From: the human T2T-CHM13v2.0 reference genome, Homo sapiens
Length of the DNA stretch: 64,000 nt
Strand: one strand, 5' to 3'
Assembly (NCBI RefSeq): GCF_009914755.1
Contig: NC_060934.1
This document shows, one piece after another, positions 1 through 14,724 of the stretch. Within the stretch, counting starts at the first letter, position 1; every line of letters begins with the position of its first letter. The notes below the pieces were generated by a model, which saw only the letters and a list, made by a program, of their open reading frames with translations, was not told the DNA's origin and did not search any database. Made by a program: the position numbers and the translations under genes.

Positions 1-1880
1 AACATGGAATATCTCTCCATTTCAATTTCTTTCATCAGTGTTTTATAGTTATCCTTGTAGAGATCTTTCACTTCTTTGGTTAATACGTAGGTGTTTAATT
101 TGTGGCTATTGTAAATGGGATTACTTGTTTGATTTCTTTTTCAGATTATTCACTGTTGGTATATAGAAATGTTACTGATTTTTGTATTTTGATTTGTATC
201 CTGTAACTTTACTGAATTTATCAGTTCTAAGAGTTTTTTTTTTTTTTGGCCAGTCTTTAGATTTTTCCAAATATAAGATCATACCATACCATCTGCAAAC
301 AAGGATAATTTGACTTGTTCCTTTCCAATTTGGATGCCCTTTATTTCTTTCTCTTATCTGATTGCTCTAGTGAGAACTTCCAGTACTATGCTGAACAACA
401 GTCATGACAGTGGGCATTCTTACCATGTTCCAGATCTTAGAGAAAAGGCTTTCAGTTTTTTCCCATTCAGAGTGAAACTGGCTGTGGGTTTATCATATGT
501 GGCTTTTATTATCATTGAGGTATGTTTCTTCTGTAGCCAGTTTTTAGAGGATTTTTATCATGAAGGGATGTTGAACTTTATCAAATGCCTTTTCAGCGTC
601 AATTGAAATGATCACATGGTTTTTGTCTTTCAGTCTGTTAATATGATGTATCACATTGATTGATTTGCATATTGTGAATCCCACTTGGTCATGATGAATG
701 ATCCTTTTAATGTATTGGTGAATGTGTTTTGTTAGAGTTTTGTTGAGAATTCTTGCATCAATAGTCACCAGAAATAGTGGCATATAGGCCTTTCTTTTGA
801 AGAGCTTTTGTCTAGATTTGATATCAGGGTAATGCTGGTCTTGTAGAATGAGTTTGGAAGTATTCCCTCCTCTAGTATTTTTGGGATGGTTTTAATAGGG
901 TTGGTATTATTTCTTTAAATGTTTGGTAAAATTCAGCAGTGAAGCCACTGGGTCCTGGGCTTTCCTTACTGGGAGACTTTTTATTATGGCTTTGATCTCG
1001 TTACTTTTTGTTGGTCAGTTCAGGTTTTGGATTTTTTCATGTTTCAATTTTGGTAGGTTATATGGGTCTAGAAATTTATTTCTTTTAGATTTTTCAATTC
1101 ATTGATGTATAGTTGCTCATAGTAGCCACTAATGATTCTTTGAATTTCTGTGGTATCAGTTGTAATATCTCCTTTTTCATATCTGATTTTTATTTATTTC
1201 AGTCTTTCTCTTCTTTTCATAGTCTGACTAAAGGTTTGTCAATTTTATTTATCTTTTCAAAACACCAACTTTTTGTTTCATTGATCTTTTGTATTGTTTT
1301 CTTCATCAGAAATTCATTTATGTCTGCTCTGATCTTTATTATTTCTTCTACTAATTTTGGGTTTGGTTTGCTGTTACTTTTCTAGTTTTTTTGTTGCTTC
1401 ATTAGGTTATTTATGTGAAATTTTTCTTCTTTTTTGATGCAGGCACTTGTAGCTATGAAGTTTCCTCTTAGTACTGTTTTTGCTGTATCCCATAGGTTTT
1501 GGTATATTGTGTTTTCATTATTATTTCTTTCATGAATTTTTTCAGTTCCCTTCTTAATTTCTTCATTGACTGATTGGTCATTCAGGAGCATATTTTTTAA
1601 TTTCCATGTGTTTGCATAGTTTCCAAAATTCCTTTTGTTATTGATTTGTGGTTTTATTTCATTGTTGTCAGGGAAGATGCTTGATATTATTTCAGTTTTA
1701 TTTGAATGTTTTAAGACTTGTTTTGTGACCTAACATATGGTATATCCTTGAAAATGATTCATGCACTGCAGAGAAAAATATGTATTCTGCAACCGTTGGA
1801 TGAAATGTTCTATAAATATCTGTTAGTTCCATTTGTTCTGTAGTACAGATTAAGTTTGATGTTTCTTTGTTGATTTTCTA

Positions 1881-2228
<348 letters not shown>

Positions 2229-3758
2229 TTAAGTCTCCAGCTATTATTGTATTGATATCTATCTTTCTCTTTAGCTCTAATAATATTTGCTTTACATATC
2301 TGGGTGTTCCAGTGTTGACTGCATATATATTTACAATCATTATATCCTCTTGCTGAATTGACCTCTTTGTCATTATATAATGACCTTTTTTGTCTCTTCT
2401 TACAGTTTTTGTGTTGAAATCTATTTTGTCTGGTATAAGTAGAGTTACTCCTGCTTTTTTTTTGGTTTCCACTGGCATGGAATATCTTTTTCCATTCCTA
2501 TATTTTCTGTCTATGTGTCTCTTTATAGGTAAAGTATGTTTCTTGTAGGCAACAAATTATTGGTTCTTGTTTTTTTTTTAATCCATTCAGCCATCACATA
2601 TCTTTTGATTAGAAAGTTTAGTCCATTTACATTCAGTGTTATTATTCATAAGTAGGGACTTGCTCCTGCCATTTTTTAAATTTGTTTTCTGGTTGTTTTA
2701 CAGCCTTATCTTTCTTCCTTCTGTCTTTTTTTTTTTTTTAGTGAAGGTGACTTTTGTCTGGTGGTTTGCTTTAATTTCTTGCTTTTTATTTTTTGTGTAT
2801 TCCTTGCTTGTTTTTTGATTTGAGGTTACCATGAGGCTTGCAAGTACTATCTTATAACCCACAACTTTAAACTAATGACAACTTAACACTGATTGCATGA
2901 ACAGAATACACGTGGAAAGAAAACTCATAAAAACTCTACGCTTTAATTTCATCCACTTGTTTGTTAATTGTTTTCTTTTTGTACTGTGTCTTGAAAAAGC
3001 TGGTATAGTTATTATTTTTGTTTGTTTTATCACTGAGTCTTTTTATTTAAGTCAAGAGTAGTTTACACACCACAGTTATGGTGTTACATGATTCTGTGTT
3101 TTCTTGTGTGCTTACTATTACCAGTGAGTTTTGTACCTTCAGATGATTTCTCATTGCTCGCTAACATCCTTTCCTTTCAGATAAAAGAATTTCCTTTAGC
3201 ATCTCTTATGGGACAGGTCTGGTGTTGATAAAATCCCTCAACTTTTGTTTATATGGAAAGGTCTTTATTTCTCTGCAATGCTTAAAGAATATTTTTGCCA
3301 GCTATACTATTCTAGGGTAAAAGGTTTTTTCCTTCAGATCATTAAATATGGTATGCCACTTTCTCCTGGCCTGTAAGTTTTCCACTGAAAGTCTGCTGCC
3401 AGACATATTTGAGGTCTATTGTATGTTATTTGTTTCTTTTCTCTTGCTGCTTTTAGGATCCTTTCCTTATCCTTTATCTTTGGGAGTCTGATTGTTACGT
3501 ACCTTGAGGTAGTCTTCTTTGGGTTATATTTTCTTGCTGGTCTATAACCTTGTACTGGAATGTTGATATATTTCTCTAGGTTTGGGAAGTTGTTTGATAT
3601 TATCCCTTTGAATAAACTATCTACCCCATCTCTTTCTCCTGTTCAAGGCCAATAACTCTTAAAGTGCCCTCATGAGGCTGTTTTCTAGATCTTGTACGTG
3701 TGCTTCATTGTGTGTTTTTTTTTTCTTTTGTCTCCTCTGTCTGTGTATTTTCAAATAG

Positions 3759-3926
3759 GGGGATGGGGGAGGGATAGCATTGGACAAATGCCTAATGTAA
3801 ATGACGAGTTAATGGGTGCAGCAAATCAACATGGCACATGTGTACATATGTAACAAACCTGCACGTTGTGCACATGTACCCTAGAACTTAAAGCATAATA
3901 AAAAAAAAAGAAAAGAAAAAAAAACC
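3759..3926 (+). mobile_element. Severely 5'-truncated young L1PA 3' end inserted in ORF1 of the older L1
   Basis: L1PA 3'UTR (gggatagcatt...aacttaaagcataat) plus poly(A). TSD caaatag at 3752-3758 and 3927-3933. Confidence 0.9.
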
Positions 3927-6509
3927 CAAATAGCCTGTCTTTAAGCTCAATAATTGTTTCTCTTGCTTGATCAATTCTGCTATTAAGAGAGTCTGATGCA
4001 TTCTTCAGCATGTCAATTGCATTTTTCAATTCCAGAATTTCTGCTTGATTCTTTTAAAATATTTTAATCTCTTTGTTAAATTTATCTGATAGAATTCTGA
4101 ATTCCTTCTCTGTATTATCTTGAATTTGAGTTTTCTGAAAACAGCTATTTGAGTTCTCTTTCTGAAAAGTCATATATCTCTGTTTCTCCAGGATTGGTTC
4201 TTCATGCCTTATTTGGTTCATTTGGTGAGGTTATGTTTTCTTAGATGGTGTTGAAGCTTGTAGATGTTTATAAGGGTCTGGATTTTGAAGAGTTAGATAT
4301 TTATTGTAGTCTTCACAGTCTGAGCTTGTTTGTGTCTGTCCTTCTTGTGAAGACTTTTAAAGTATTTGAAGGGACTTGGGCCCCAAGCCCAATAATGCTG
4401 TATTTTTTGCAGACTCTTAGAGGTATCACCTTGATGGTCTTGGATAAGATCCAGAAGGATTCTCTGGATTACAGGCAGGAACTTTTCTTTTTTTCCCTTA
4501 CTTTCTCTCAAAGGAACAGAGTCTCTCTCTCTCTGCTGAGCCATCTGGAACTGGGGGTGTGTTGTGCAAGCACCCCTGTGGTCACCACCATTGAGACTGC
4601 ACCAGGTCAGACTTGAAGCCAGCACAGGACTGGGCCTTTCCCAAGGCCCTTTCCTTCAGGGTGGTGTGTTCCCCCAAGCCCTAAGTGTGTTCAGAGATGC
4701 TGGCTGGGAGGCAGGGATGAGAGTAAAAACCTTAGCATTTTACCTGATGTTTTCTGCTATGGCTAAGCTGGAACTCAACCCATGATACAAAGTTCTTCCC
4801 ACTCTGCCTTGCATAGGCAGAGAAGCCCCTCCCTGTGGCCACCACCACAAATGGGTCATGAGGGCTTCTGCCTGTACACACCGTTGATGCTGACTTAAAG
4901 CTCATGGTCTCTTCCTTCAGCTTGTGGTGAATGCTTCCAGGCCTGGGACTCACCCTTCAGGGCAGTGGGTTCCCCTCTGGCCCAGGTAAGGTCCAGAAAT
5001 ATTGTCCAGAAGTCTCAGCCTGGGCTCAGGGACCCCAAGAGCCTGCTCGTTGTTCTACCCCACTGTGGTTGAGCTGATACCTAGGGTGCAGGACAAAGTC
5101 ACCTTTACGTTTCCCCCTTATTTTCTCAAACAGAAGGAGTCTTTCACCATAACCTCTATAGCTTGGAATGTCCTGAGTCACCCTTGAAGCCCCCATGTCT
5201 CAGAGCCCAGGCCCACAGTGTACTCTGTGCATATCACTGGTGGTTATTCAGGGCCCAGGGCTCTTTATTCAGGAGGTGATGACTCCTGCTAGTACTGGGT
5301 CCTTCACTTCAAGGCAGCATGCTCCCTTTTGGCCCAGGATGTGATTAGAAATGTCCAGGAGTGAGGGCCTGGAATAGTTGGCCTCATGACTCTCCTTGGT
5401 GCCCTATCCTACTGTACCTGAGCTAGTATCCAAGATGCAAGACAAAGTCCTCTTTACTCTTTGCTCTCTTCTCCTTAAGCAGGAGGGAGTCACTTTCGTT
5501 GCTGAGCTGCATTGCCTGGGGTTGGGGGAAGGGTGGCACAAGCATTCCCTTTGCCATACCAGGTGGTATCTTCGTAGGTCACGTGCCACCCAAGTTTACT
5601 GGCTTTAAGCCCAACCCTAGCCCTACAAATAGTCTAGAAATTGCAGTCCATGTGTCCTAGACTGCCTTTCAAGTGTACCTGGGACCCCAGAGCCCTTCAG
5701 TCCATGATGTTGAGGATTGCCAAGAAACTCAAGCTCGGCCACTAGTATGGTCACTTCCCCTCTGGCAAGGGCTGGTGCAAATGCTCCCTCCATGTGTGGG
5801 TGCTGGCTGAGCCCAGCATGGCTTTATTCTCTGCTGTGACAGGGCAGCGCTGGGTTCATTGTAAAGTCCCCCCACTGTTGTGCTCTCCCTCCCCAAAGTG
5901 CACAGATTCTTTCTCCACCCCACATGGCTGCTGCACTGTGATAGCGGATGAATAGCATCAGCATTTAATACTGTCTCTTCTGCCCTCCTCAATGCCTCTT
6001 TTGGCAATATGAAGTTAAAACGAGGAACTGCGATTGCTCACCTGATTTTTGGTTCTTCTGATGGTGCTTTCCTGTGTGTAGATAGTTGTTAAAATTTGGT
6101 GTTGCAACAGAGGGGACGAACAGTGTAGACTTCTATTTTGCCATCTTGCCACCACCATTTTTGTCTCAGCCCGTGCACATCATTTCTGCTTCACTCTTCA
6201 CTTAAGCTTTCAGTATTCTAAAATATATTAAAGTCTGCTGGACCACATTTCTAATACTATATAAATGTGAAATGTAGTCAATGAATGACTTTACCTTCTC
6301 TTGTTATAAATTACTTAAAGAATTTCTCATAATGATGCAGATGTGCGAAGGAGAACTGTGGAAGTAATTGTTATATCCACACAAGGGTAGTGACCAAGAA
6401 ATCTGAGAAGTAGTCTGTTTTCAGAGAAGGAAATTTAACATGGCAATTGGTGAAATAGGATGGTGGGTAGAGAATAATGGTTATGGAATATGTAGAACAC
6501 AGGATTTCT

Positions 6510-6910
6510 AATTTTTATTTTTATTTTTAATTTTTTTATTTTTATAAATTTATGGGGTACAAGTGTAATATTGTTATATGCATAGACTGCATAGTGGTGA
6601 AGTCAGGACTTTTAAGTTCTCCATCACTCAAATAATGTATGTTAACATACCCATTAAATAATCTCTCATCATCTACCTCCCTGCCTACCCACTGACCCTT
6701 CCAAGTCATTCCTCACTCTAAGTCCATGTGTACACATTGTTTAGCTTCCACTTGTAAATTAGAATATGGGGTATTTGTCTTTCTATGTCTGGCTTGTTTC
6801 ACTTAATATAATGGCCTCCAGTTTCATCCATGTTGCTTCAAATGACAGGATTCCATCCTTTTTATGGCTGAATGGCTGAATAATATTCCACTGTGTATAT
6901 GTAGCACGTT
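6510..6910 (-). mobile_element. 3' end of an old L1 (L1PB4/L1MA-like)
   Basis: T-rich tail followed by ggggtacaagtg...gtggtgaagtc 3'UTR sequence. Confidence 0.8.
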
Positions 6911-7279
6911 TCTTTTTTTTTTAAATTGTAATAGGTTTTTGGGGAACAGGTTTTTGGTTACATGAATAGGTTCTTTAGTGGTGATTTCTGAGATTTTGGC
7001 GCATCCATCACCCAAGCAGTGTACACTGTACCCAATGTATATTTATCCCTCACCCCCCTCTTATCCTTTCCCCCGAGTCCTCAACACCCATTGCATTATT
7101 CTTATGCCTTTGCATCCTCATAGCTTAGGTCCCACTTATGAGTGAGAGCATACGGTGTTTGGTTTTCGATTCCTGAGTTACTTCACTTAGAATAATGGTC
7201 TCCAAATCTATCCAGGTTGCTGTGAATGACATTATTTCATTCCTTTTTATGGCTGAGTAGTATTCCATGGTATTCCATG

Positions 7280-7462
7280 GTATATGTATGTGTGTGTGTG
7301 TGTGTATATATATATACACACACATATATATACATATATATACACACACATATATATGTATATATACATATATACGTATTTACGTATATATGTATATATA
7401 CATATATACGTATTTACATATACACACACATTATTCCATGGAATACTTTTATATATATATTT
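7280..7462. repeat. Compound (TG)n/(TA)n/(CA)n microsatellite inside L1PB
   Basis: Directly visible; flanked by repeated tattccatgg. Confidence 0.95.
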
Positions 7463-7649
7463 ATATTTTCTTTATCCACTCATCGATTGATGGGCATTTG
7501 GGCTGGTTCCATATTTTTGCAGTTGCAAATTATGCTGCTATAAACATGCATTTGGAAATATCTTTTTTGTATAATGACTTCTTTTCCTCTGGGTAGATAC
7601 CCAGTCGTGGGATTGCTGGATCAAATGGTAGATCTACTGTCTACTTGTA

Positions 7650-7970
<321 letters not shown>

Positions 7971-9780
7971 CTACTTGTAATTTTTAAAGGAATTGCCACA
8001 CTGTTTTCCATAGCAGTTGTACTAGTTTACATTCCCACCAGTAGTGTAAAAGTGTACCCTTTTTACTATATCCACACCAACATCTATTATTTTTTGATTC
8101 TTTGATTATGGCCATTCTTGCAGGAGTAAGGTGGTATTGCATTGTGGTTTTGTATCATATTTCCCTGATCATTAGTGATGTTGAGCATTTTTTTATGTTT
8201 ATTGGCCATTTGTATATCTTCTTTTGAAAATTGTCTATTCATGTCCTTAGCCTGCTTTTTAGTGGGATTACTTGTTTTGTTCCTGCTAATTTGTTTCAGT
8301 TCCTTGTAGATTCTGGATATTAGTCTTTTGTCAGATGTATAGATTGTGAGAATTTTCTCCCATGCTGTGGGTTGTCTCTTTACTCTGTTGATTGTTTCTT
8401 TTCCTGTGCAGAAGGTTTTTAGTTTAATTGAGTCCCATCTATTTATCTTTGTTTTTGTTGCATTTGCTTTTGGGTTCTTGGTTATGAAGTCTTTGCCTAA
8501 GCCAATGTCTAGAAGGGTTTTTCCATGTTATCTTCTAGAATCTTTATGGTTTCAGGCCTTAGATTTAAGTCTTTGATCCATCTTGAGTTGATTTTTGTAT
8601 AAGGTGAAAGATGAGGATCCAGTTACATTCTCTTACATGAGGCTTGCCAATTATCCCAGCACCATTTGTTGAATAGGGTGTCCTTTCCCCACTTTATGTT
8701 TTTCTTTGCTTTGTCAAAGATCAGTTGACTATAAGTATTTGGCTTTATTTCTGGGTTCTCCATTTTGTACTGGTGGTCTATATGCCTGTTTTTATACCAG
8801 TACCACGCTATTTTGGTGACTATAGCCTTATAGTATAGTTGGAAGTCAGGCGATGTGATGCTTCCAGATTTCTTCTTTTTGCTTAGTCTTGCTTTGGCTA
8901 TGTGGGCTCTTTTTTCATTCCACATGAATTTTAGGATTGTTTTTTCTAGTTCTGTGAAGAATGATGTTAGTATTTTTATGGGAATTGCATTGAGTTTGTA
9001 GATTGCTTTTGGCAGTATGGTCATACATACCTCAAAATAATAAAGGTCATTTATAACAAACCCACAGCTAACACTATACTGAATGGGGAAAAACTGAAGG
9101 CCTTTTGTCCAAGGAATGGAACAAGACAAGGATGCCTACTGTCACCACTTTTATTAAACACAACACTGTTTATGTTTTAAATGGGATGGTTTTCTTGATT
9201 TCTTTTTCAGTTAAGTGAAATGGTATATAATTGGTACTGTTTTTTGTATATTGATTTTGTGTCCTGCAACTTTATTGAATTTGTTCATCAGTTCTAACAG
9301 TTTTCTTGGGGGTTGACTCTAGGTTTTTCTAGGTATAAGGTTATATTATCTGTGAACAAGGCTAATTAGACTTCTTCCTTTACAATTTGGATTCCCTGTA
9401 TTTCTTTTTGTTACCTAATTTTTCTGGCCAGGACTTCCAGTGTTATGTTTAATAAAAGTGGTGAAAGTTGACATCCTTGTCTTGTTCCAGTCCTTGGAGG
9501 AAAGACCTTCAATTTTTCCCCATTCAGTATAATGTTAGCTTGGGTTTGTTATAGATGATCTTTATAATTTTGAGTTATGTTCCATCTGTACCTATTTTGA
9601 TGAGGGTTTTTATCGTAAAGGATGTTGAAGTTTATCAAATGCTTTTTCAGCAGCTATTGAAATAAACATGGTTTTTCTTCCTGATTCTGTTAATATGATA
9701 TATCATGTTTATTGATTTGTAAACATTGAACCATCTTTATGTTCCTGGGATGATGGATCTTACTTGATTATGGTGATTGA

Positions 9781-10075
<295 letters not shown>

Positions 10076-11896
10076 ATGAATGATCTTTAAAGGTGTTGTT
10101 GAATGTGGTTTGTATTTTGTTGCAGATTTTTACATCTATGTTCATCAGTCATATGGGTGTGTAGTTTTCGTTTTTTGCTGTGTCTCTGTCTGGTTTTGAT
10201 ATCAAGGTAATGCTGGCCTTGTAGAATGCATTTGGAAGCACTCCCTTCTCTTCTACTTTTGAAGGATTTGAGTAGGATTGGTATTAGATCTTTAAATGTT
10301 CAGTAAAATCCAGCAGTGAAACCATCAGGTCCTGGGTTTAACTTTGTTGGGAGACTTTCTATTACACCTTGATCTTGTTACTTATTATTGGTTTGCTGAT
10401 GTTTTCTATTTCTCCATGGTTCAATCTTGGTAGGTTGAGTGTGTCCAGGAATTTATCTATTTCTTCTAGGTATTCCAATTTGTTGACTATTGTTGTTCAT
10501 AGTAGTCTCTAGTAATTCTTTGTATTCTGAGGTCTCAGTTGTTATTTCTGCTTTTTAGCTTCTGATTTTATTTATCTGGATTTTTCTCTTTTTTCTTAGT
10601 CTAAAGGCTTATCAATGTTGTTTATCTTTTCAAAACATCAACTTTTTCTTTGTTGATTTTCTGCACATTTCTTAGTCTCAATATCATGTATTTCTGCTTT
10701 AATCTTCATTATTTCTTTTCTTCTACTTATTTTGGGTTTGATTTCTTTTTCCTTTTGTAGTTCCTTGAGGTTCATCATTAGGTTATTTGAAGTCTTTCTA
10801 CTTTTTTCCTTAACATTGGCGTTTATTGCTATAAATTTTCTTCTTAATGCCTTTGCCATATTCCATAAACTTTGGTATGTTGTATTCCCATTTTCATTTG
10901 TTTGAAGAAATTTTTAAGTGTCATTCTTAATTTCTTTATTGACCCATTGGTTGTTTAGGAACGTGGTAACATCTATGTGTTTGTGTATTTTTTGAGGTTT
11001 TCCTTTTGTTAATTGATTTATAGTTTTATTCTATTTAAGTTACAAATTATACTTGATATGATTTCTATGTTTTGCATTTGTTAAGATTTGTTTGGTAGCC
11101 TAAGATATGGTCTATCCTGGAGAATGCTCCAATATTGATGAAAACAATGTGTATTCTGCGGCAGTTGGGCAACATGTTCTGTAAATGCCAGATAGGCCTA
11201 TTACATTTTGTGTGTTGTTTAAAGTCCCTTACTGTTATTGTATTACAGTTTATCTCTCCCTAGAGATCTATACTTTAGTTAATGTTTGCTTTATATATCT
11301 GGGAGTTCTGTTGTTGGATGCACAGATATTTATAGTTGCTACATGCTCTTGCTGAATTGACCTCTTTATTATTATATAGTGACTTTGTCTCTTTTTGCAA
11401 TCTTAGATTTATAGTCTATTTTATCTAAGTATAGCTACTCCTGCTCTTTTTTGGCTTCCAGTTACATGGAATATATTTTTCCACTCCATTCACTTTCAGG
11501 CTGTGTGTGTCTTTAGGGTTTCTTGGGAGCAGCGTATCATTGAGTCTTGTTTCTTTACTCATTCAGCCACTCTATGGGTTTTAATTGAAGAATTGAGACC
11601 ATTTACACTCAGTGTTATTGTTTATAAGTAAGATCTTACTATGACCATTTTGATGCCTGTTTTCTGATTGTTTTGAGTCCTTCTTTTCTTTATTTCTTAC
11701 TGTTTTCCTTTGTGGTTAAGTAATTTTTTATGATAATATGTTCTGATTTATTGCTTTTGACTTTTAGTGAATCTATTACATGTTTTTGTGATGTGGTTAC
11801 TATTAGGCTTACAAAGAACATTGTATAGATATAACAAGTTGTTTTAAAGAGATGATAATTTATCTTTAATCCCAAATAAAAGAATAGAAACAAAGG

Positions 11897-11898
<2 letters not shown>

Positions 11899-11934
<36 letters not shown>
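11899..11934. repeat. (AC)n microsatellite
   Basis: About 18 perfect AC units. Confidence 0.98.
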
Positions 11935-11937
<3 letters not shown>

Positions 11938-13989
11938 TCTACACTTTAACTTCTCCCCCACATTTTGACTAAGTTGTCTCAATTTATGTATTTTATATTA
12001 CCAATCTCTTAACAGGTTGCTGTAATATTTTTATTTTTGATAGACTTGTCTTTGGACTTCATAATAGATTTATGAGCAAATTGCACACCACAGTTGCAAT
12101 ATAGAGTATTTTGGGTTTCTTCATGTACTTAATTTTACCAAGGCGTTTTATACCTGGAAAAGTTTTTTTTTATTTTGCACGTTGGTGTTTTATTTTTTTT
12201 CAGATTGAAGAACTCCCTTTAGCATTTTTTATAAGATGGGTCTGGTAGTTGTGAATTCTCTCAGCTTTATTTTGTCTGGAGAAGACTTTATATCTCCTTC
12301 ATATTTGAAGGATAATTTTGATGGATACAATATTCTTGAATGGAAGTTGTCTTCTTTCAACACTTTGAAAATCTCATTCTACTGCCTCCTGGCCTGTATT
12401 ATTTTCATTGAAAAGTCTGTTGCTAGGCAAATTGGAGCTTTTTAATATGTTATTTGCTTCTTTTCTCTTGCTTCTTTTAGGATTCTCTTTGTCCTTGACC
12501 TTTGAGATCTTCATTATTATATGTCTTATGTAGTCTTACTTGGGTTGAATCTGTTTGGTGTTCTCAGAATTTCTTTTACCTGGATATTGACATCTTTCAG
12601 AAGTTTTGGAAAGTTTTCTGTTATTATTTCTTTGGGTAAGTTTTCTACCCCTTTCTTTTCCTCAGCTCTCTCTTGAACACCAATAATTTTTAGATTTGGT
12701 TCTTTAAAATAATTTTCTATATCTTGAAGGTAATTTTTATTCCTTTTCATTCTTTCTTCTTTTTTCTCCTTTTTGTATTTTCAAATAGCCAATCTTAGAT
12801 TTCACTGAATTTTTCTCCTCTACTTGGTCCATTCTGCTGTTGAGAGCCTCTAATGAGTTCTTCAGTTCAGCAAATGTATTTCTCAGTTCCAAGATTTGTT
12901 TGAGTTTTAAAAAATTATTTTAAACTTGTTGTTAAATTTATCTGGTATATTTCTGAATTTCTTTTTTGTGCTACCTTGGAGATCACTGAGTTTCCTTAAA
13001 ACTGTTGTTTTGAATTCTTGTTCCGAGAACTCATGAATTAACATCTTGTTATGGTCTGTCATGGTGTTTTTGCTTTGTCCTTTTGGGGAGGTTATGATTT
13101 CTTGTTTGCTGTTGTTTCTTGTGGGTATATGCCTGTGCCTTTGCTTTGAAGAATTACTTATTTATTCCCATTTTCTCGTTCTGGAAAAAAATGGATGTAT
13201 TTGCTTAGCAAGTATTTATCACTGGTTTGCTGCTTTTTTGGGGGCACTCTTGGTGGCTCCTTAAATCCTGGTTGACCTCAGCTCTAGTAAATGATGAGAG
13301 TGCTGCTTGTCTGGAATTGGGGAGGTCCCAAAAGGTTTATCCCAGCAGTGTAGGAAGGCTGGCCAGGGATTTGGGCCAAAGGATTTGGGAATGAATATTC
13401 CTTCTACGATGTGGTCCTGCTGAATAGCCACTCTGACTTGACATCTCCTTTGGTCAAGTTACAGAGTTTCCAGGGCTGGGGATGGTAGTTTTACTTTTCT
13501 TCTTTGTCTTTGTCTGTTGTTGGTAATATTTCTCCCTTTAGGCAGTCATAATGCTTCCTGAGGGTTAAAGCAAGTACAGGTCTCCTGTCAAGGAACCCAG
13601 CATTGGTGGGAAAGCTGGTTGACCCCCTCATTCTCACTTTTTGCAGTGTAGAAACTTGGAGTTGGGGGAAGATTTTCTTCTGCATGCTTGTCGCAGGACA
13701 GAATGTGAGGAGGGGCATCATGGATGTGGAAGTCCGATTTTCCTACCATCTGCCCGGAGTTTTTTCACTTCTCTGGGTGAAAAACTCCGGGCAGATGGTA
13801 GGAAAATATGTCCCATCCTTATATTTATGTTCTGGGTTGTTGCTGGTGAAAATCTCAGTGCTCTGTATTTAACTTATGAGAAGATTGCCACTATAGTGAA
13901 TTTGGTATCCATTGGGAGTTGTGGTTTAAAACAAGAAATAACCACCTAATGCCTTAATAGGTAATTATTATTAAGCTAATCTAATTTTT

Positions 13990-14724
13990 AAAAATATTTA
14001 AAGAAGTTTACCCTGAGCCAAATATGAGTGACCAAGGCAATTGGGTTACAGTTTGGTTTTATACATTTTAGGGAGACATAAGACATCAATCAATACATGT
14101 GAAGTATACATTGGTTTCGTCAGGAAAGGTGGGACAACTTGAAGGAAGGATGCGTGTGTGGGGTGCTTACAGGTCATAGATGGATTCAAGGTTTTCTGAC
14201 TGGCAGTTGATTGAAAGAGTCAAGTTATTATTATCCAAAGATCTGGAATCAATAGAAAGGAGTGTCTAGGTAAAGAGAAGGGGCTTGGAGACCAAGGTTC
14301 TTATTATACGAAATCTCATAGGTGGCTGCCCTTAGAAACAATAGATAGCAAATGTTTCCTGTTTAGACCTTTAAGAGGTGCTGGACTCTCAGCTAATCTC
14401 TTCAAGGTTGGGAGGAAAGGGGAAAGATATTACGTTAATTACGTTAATAGAAGTTATTTGCAGATGCAGATTTCCCTGGTAGAAGATGGCTTTGCAGGAC
14501 TGTTTCAAAATATGGCAAAGAAACATATTTTGGGGTTAAATATTTGGATTTCCTTCTTTATCTGTCATGTGATGTGATGCCAGAGTCAGGTTGGATAGTA
14601 AGCAATGTTATATAGGGTTAAATAAAATGCATCTATTTAGATTTTATGGTTTATAGGGCATGTCTTCCCAGACCCCTTAAATAGGAATTTCAGCAAGAGA
14701 GAGAAAAGGTCAAAGTTTAGTCCT
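13990..14724 (-). mobile_element. MER4-family solo LTR (ERV1)
   Basis: Recalled MER4 motifs ggttttatacattttagggagaca...gacatcaatcaatacatgt and terminal aaaggtcaaagtttagtcct. Confidence 0.8.

Noticed and set aside
7226-7596. Several Tyr/Ile/His/Cys-rich ORFs
   Set aside because: They are translations of the TA/CA/TG microsatellite.
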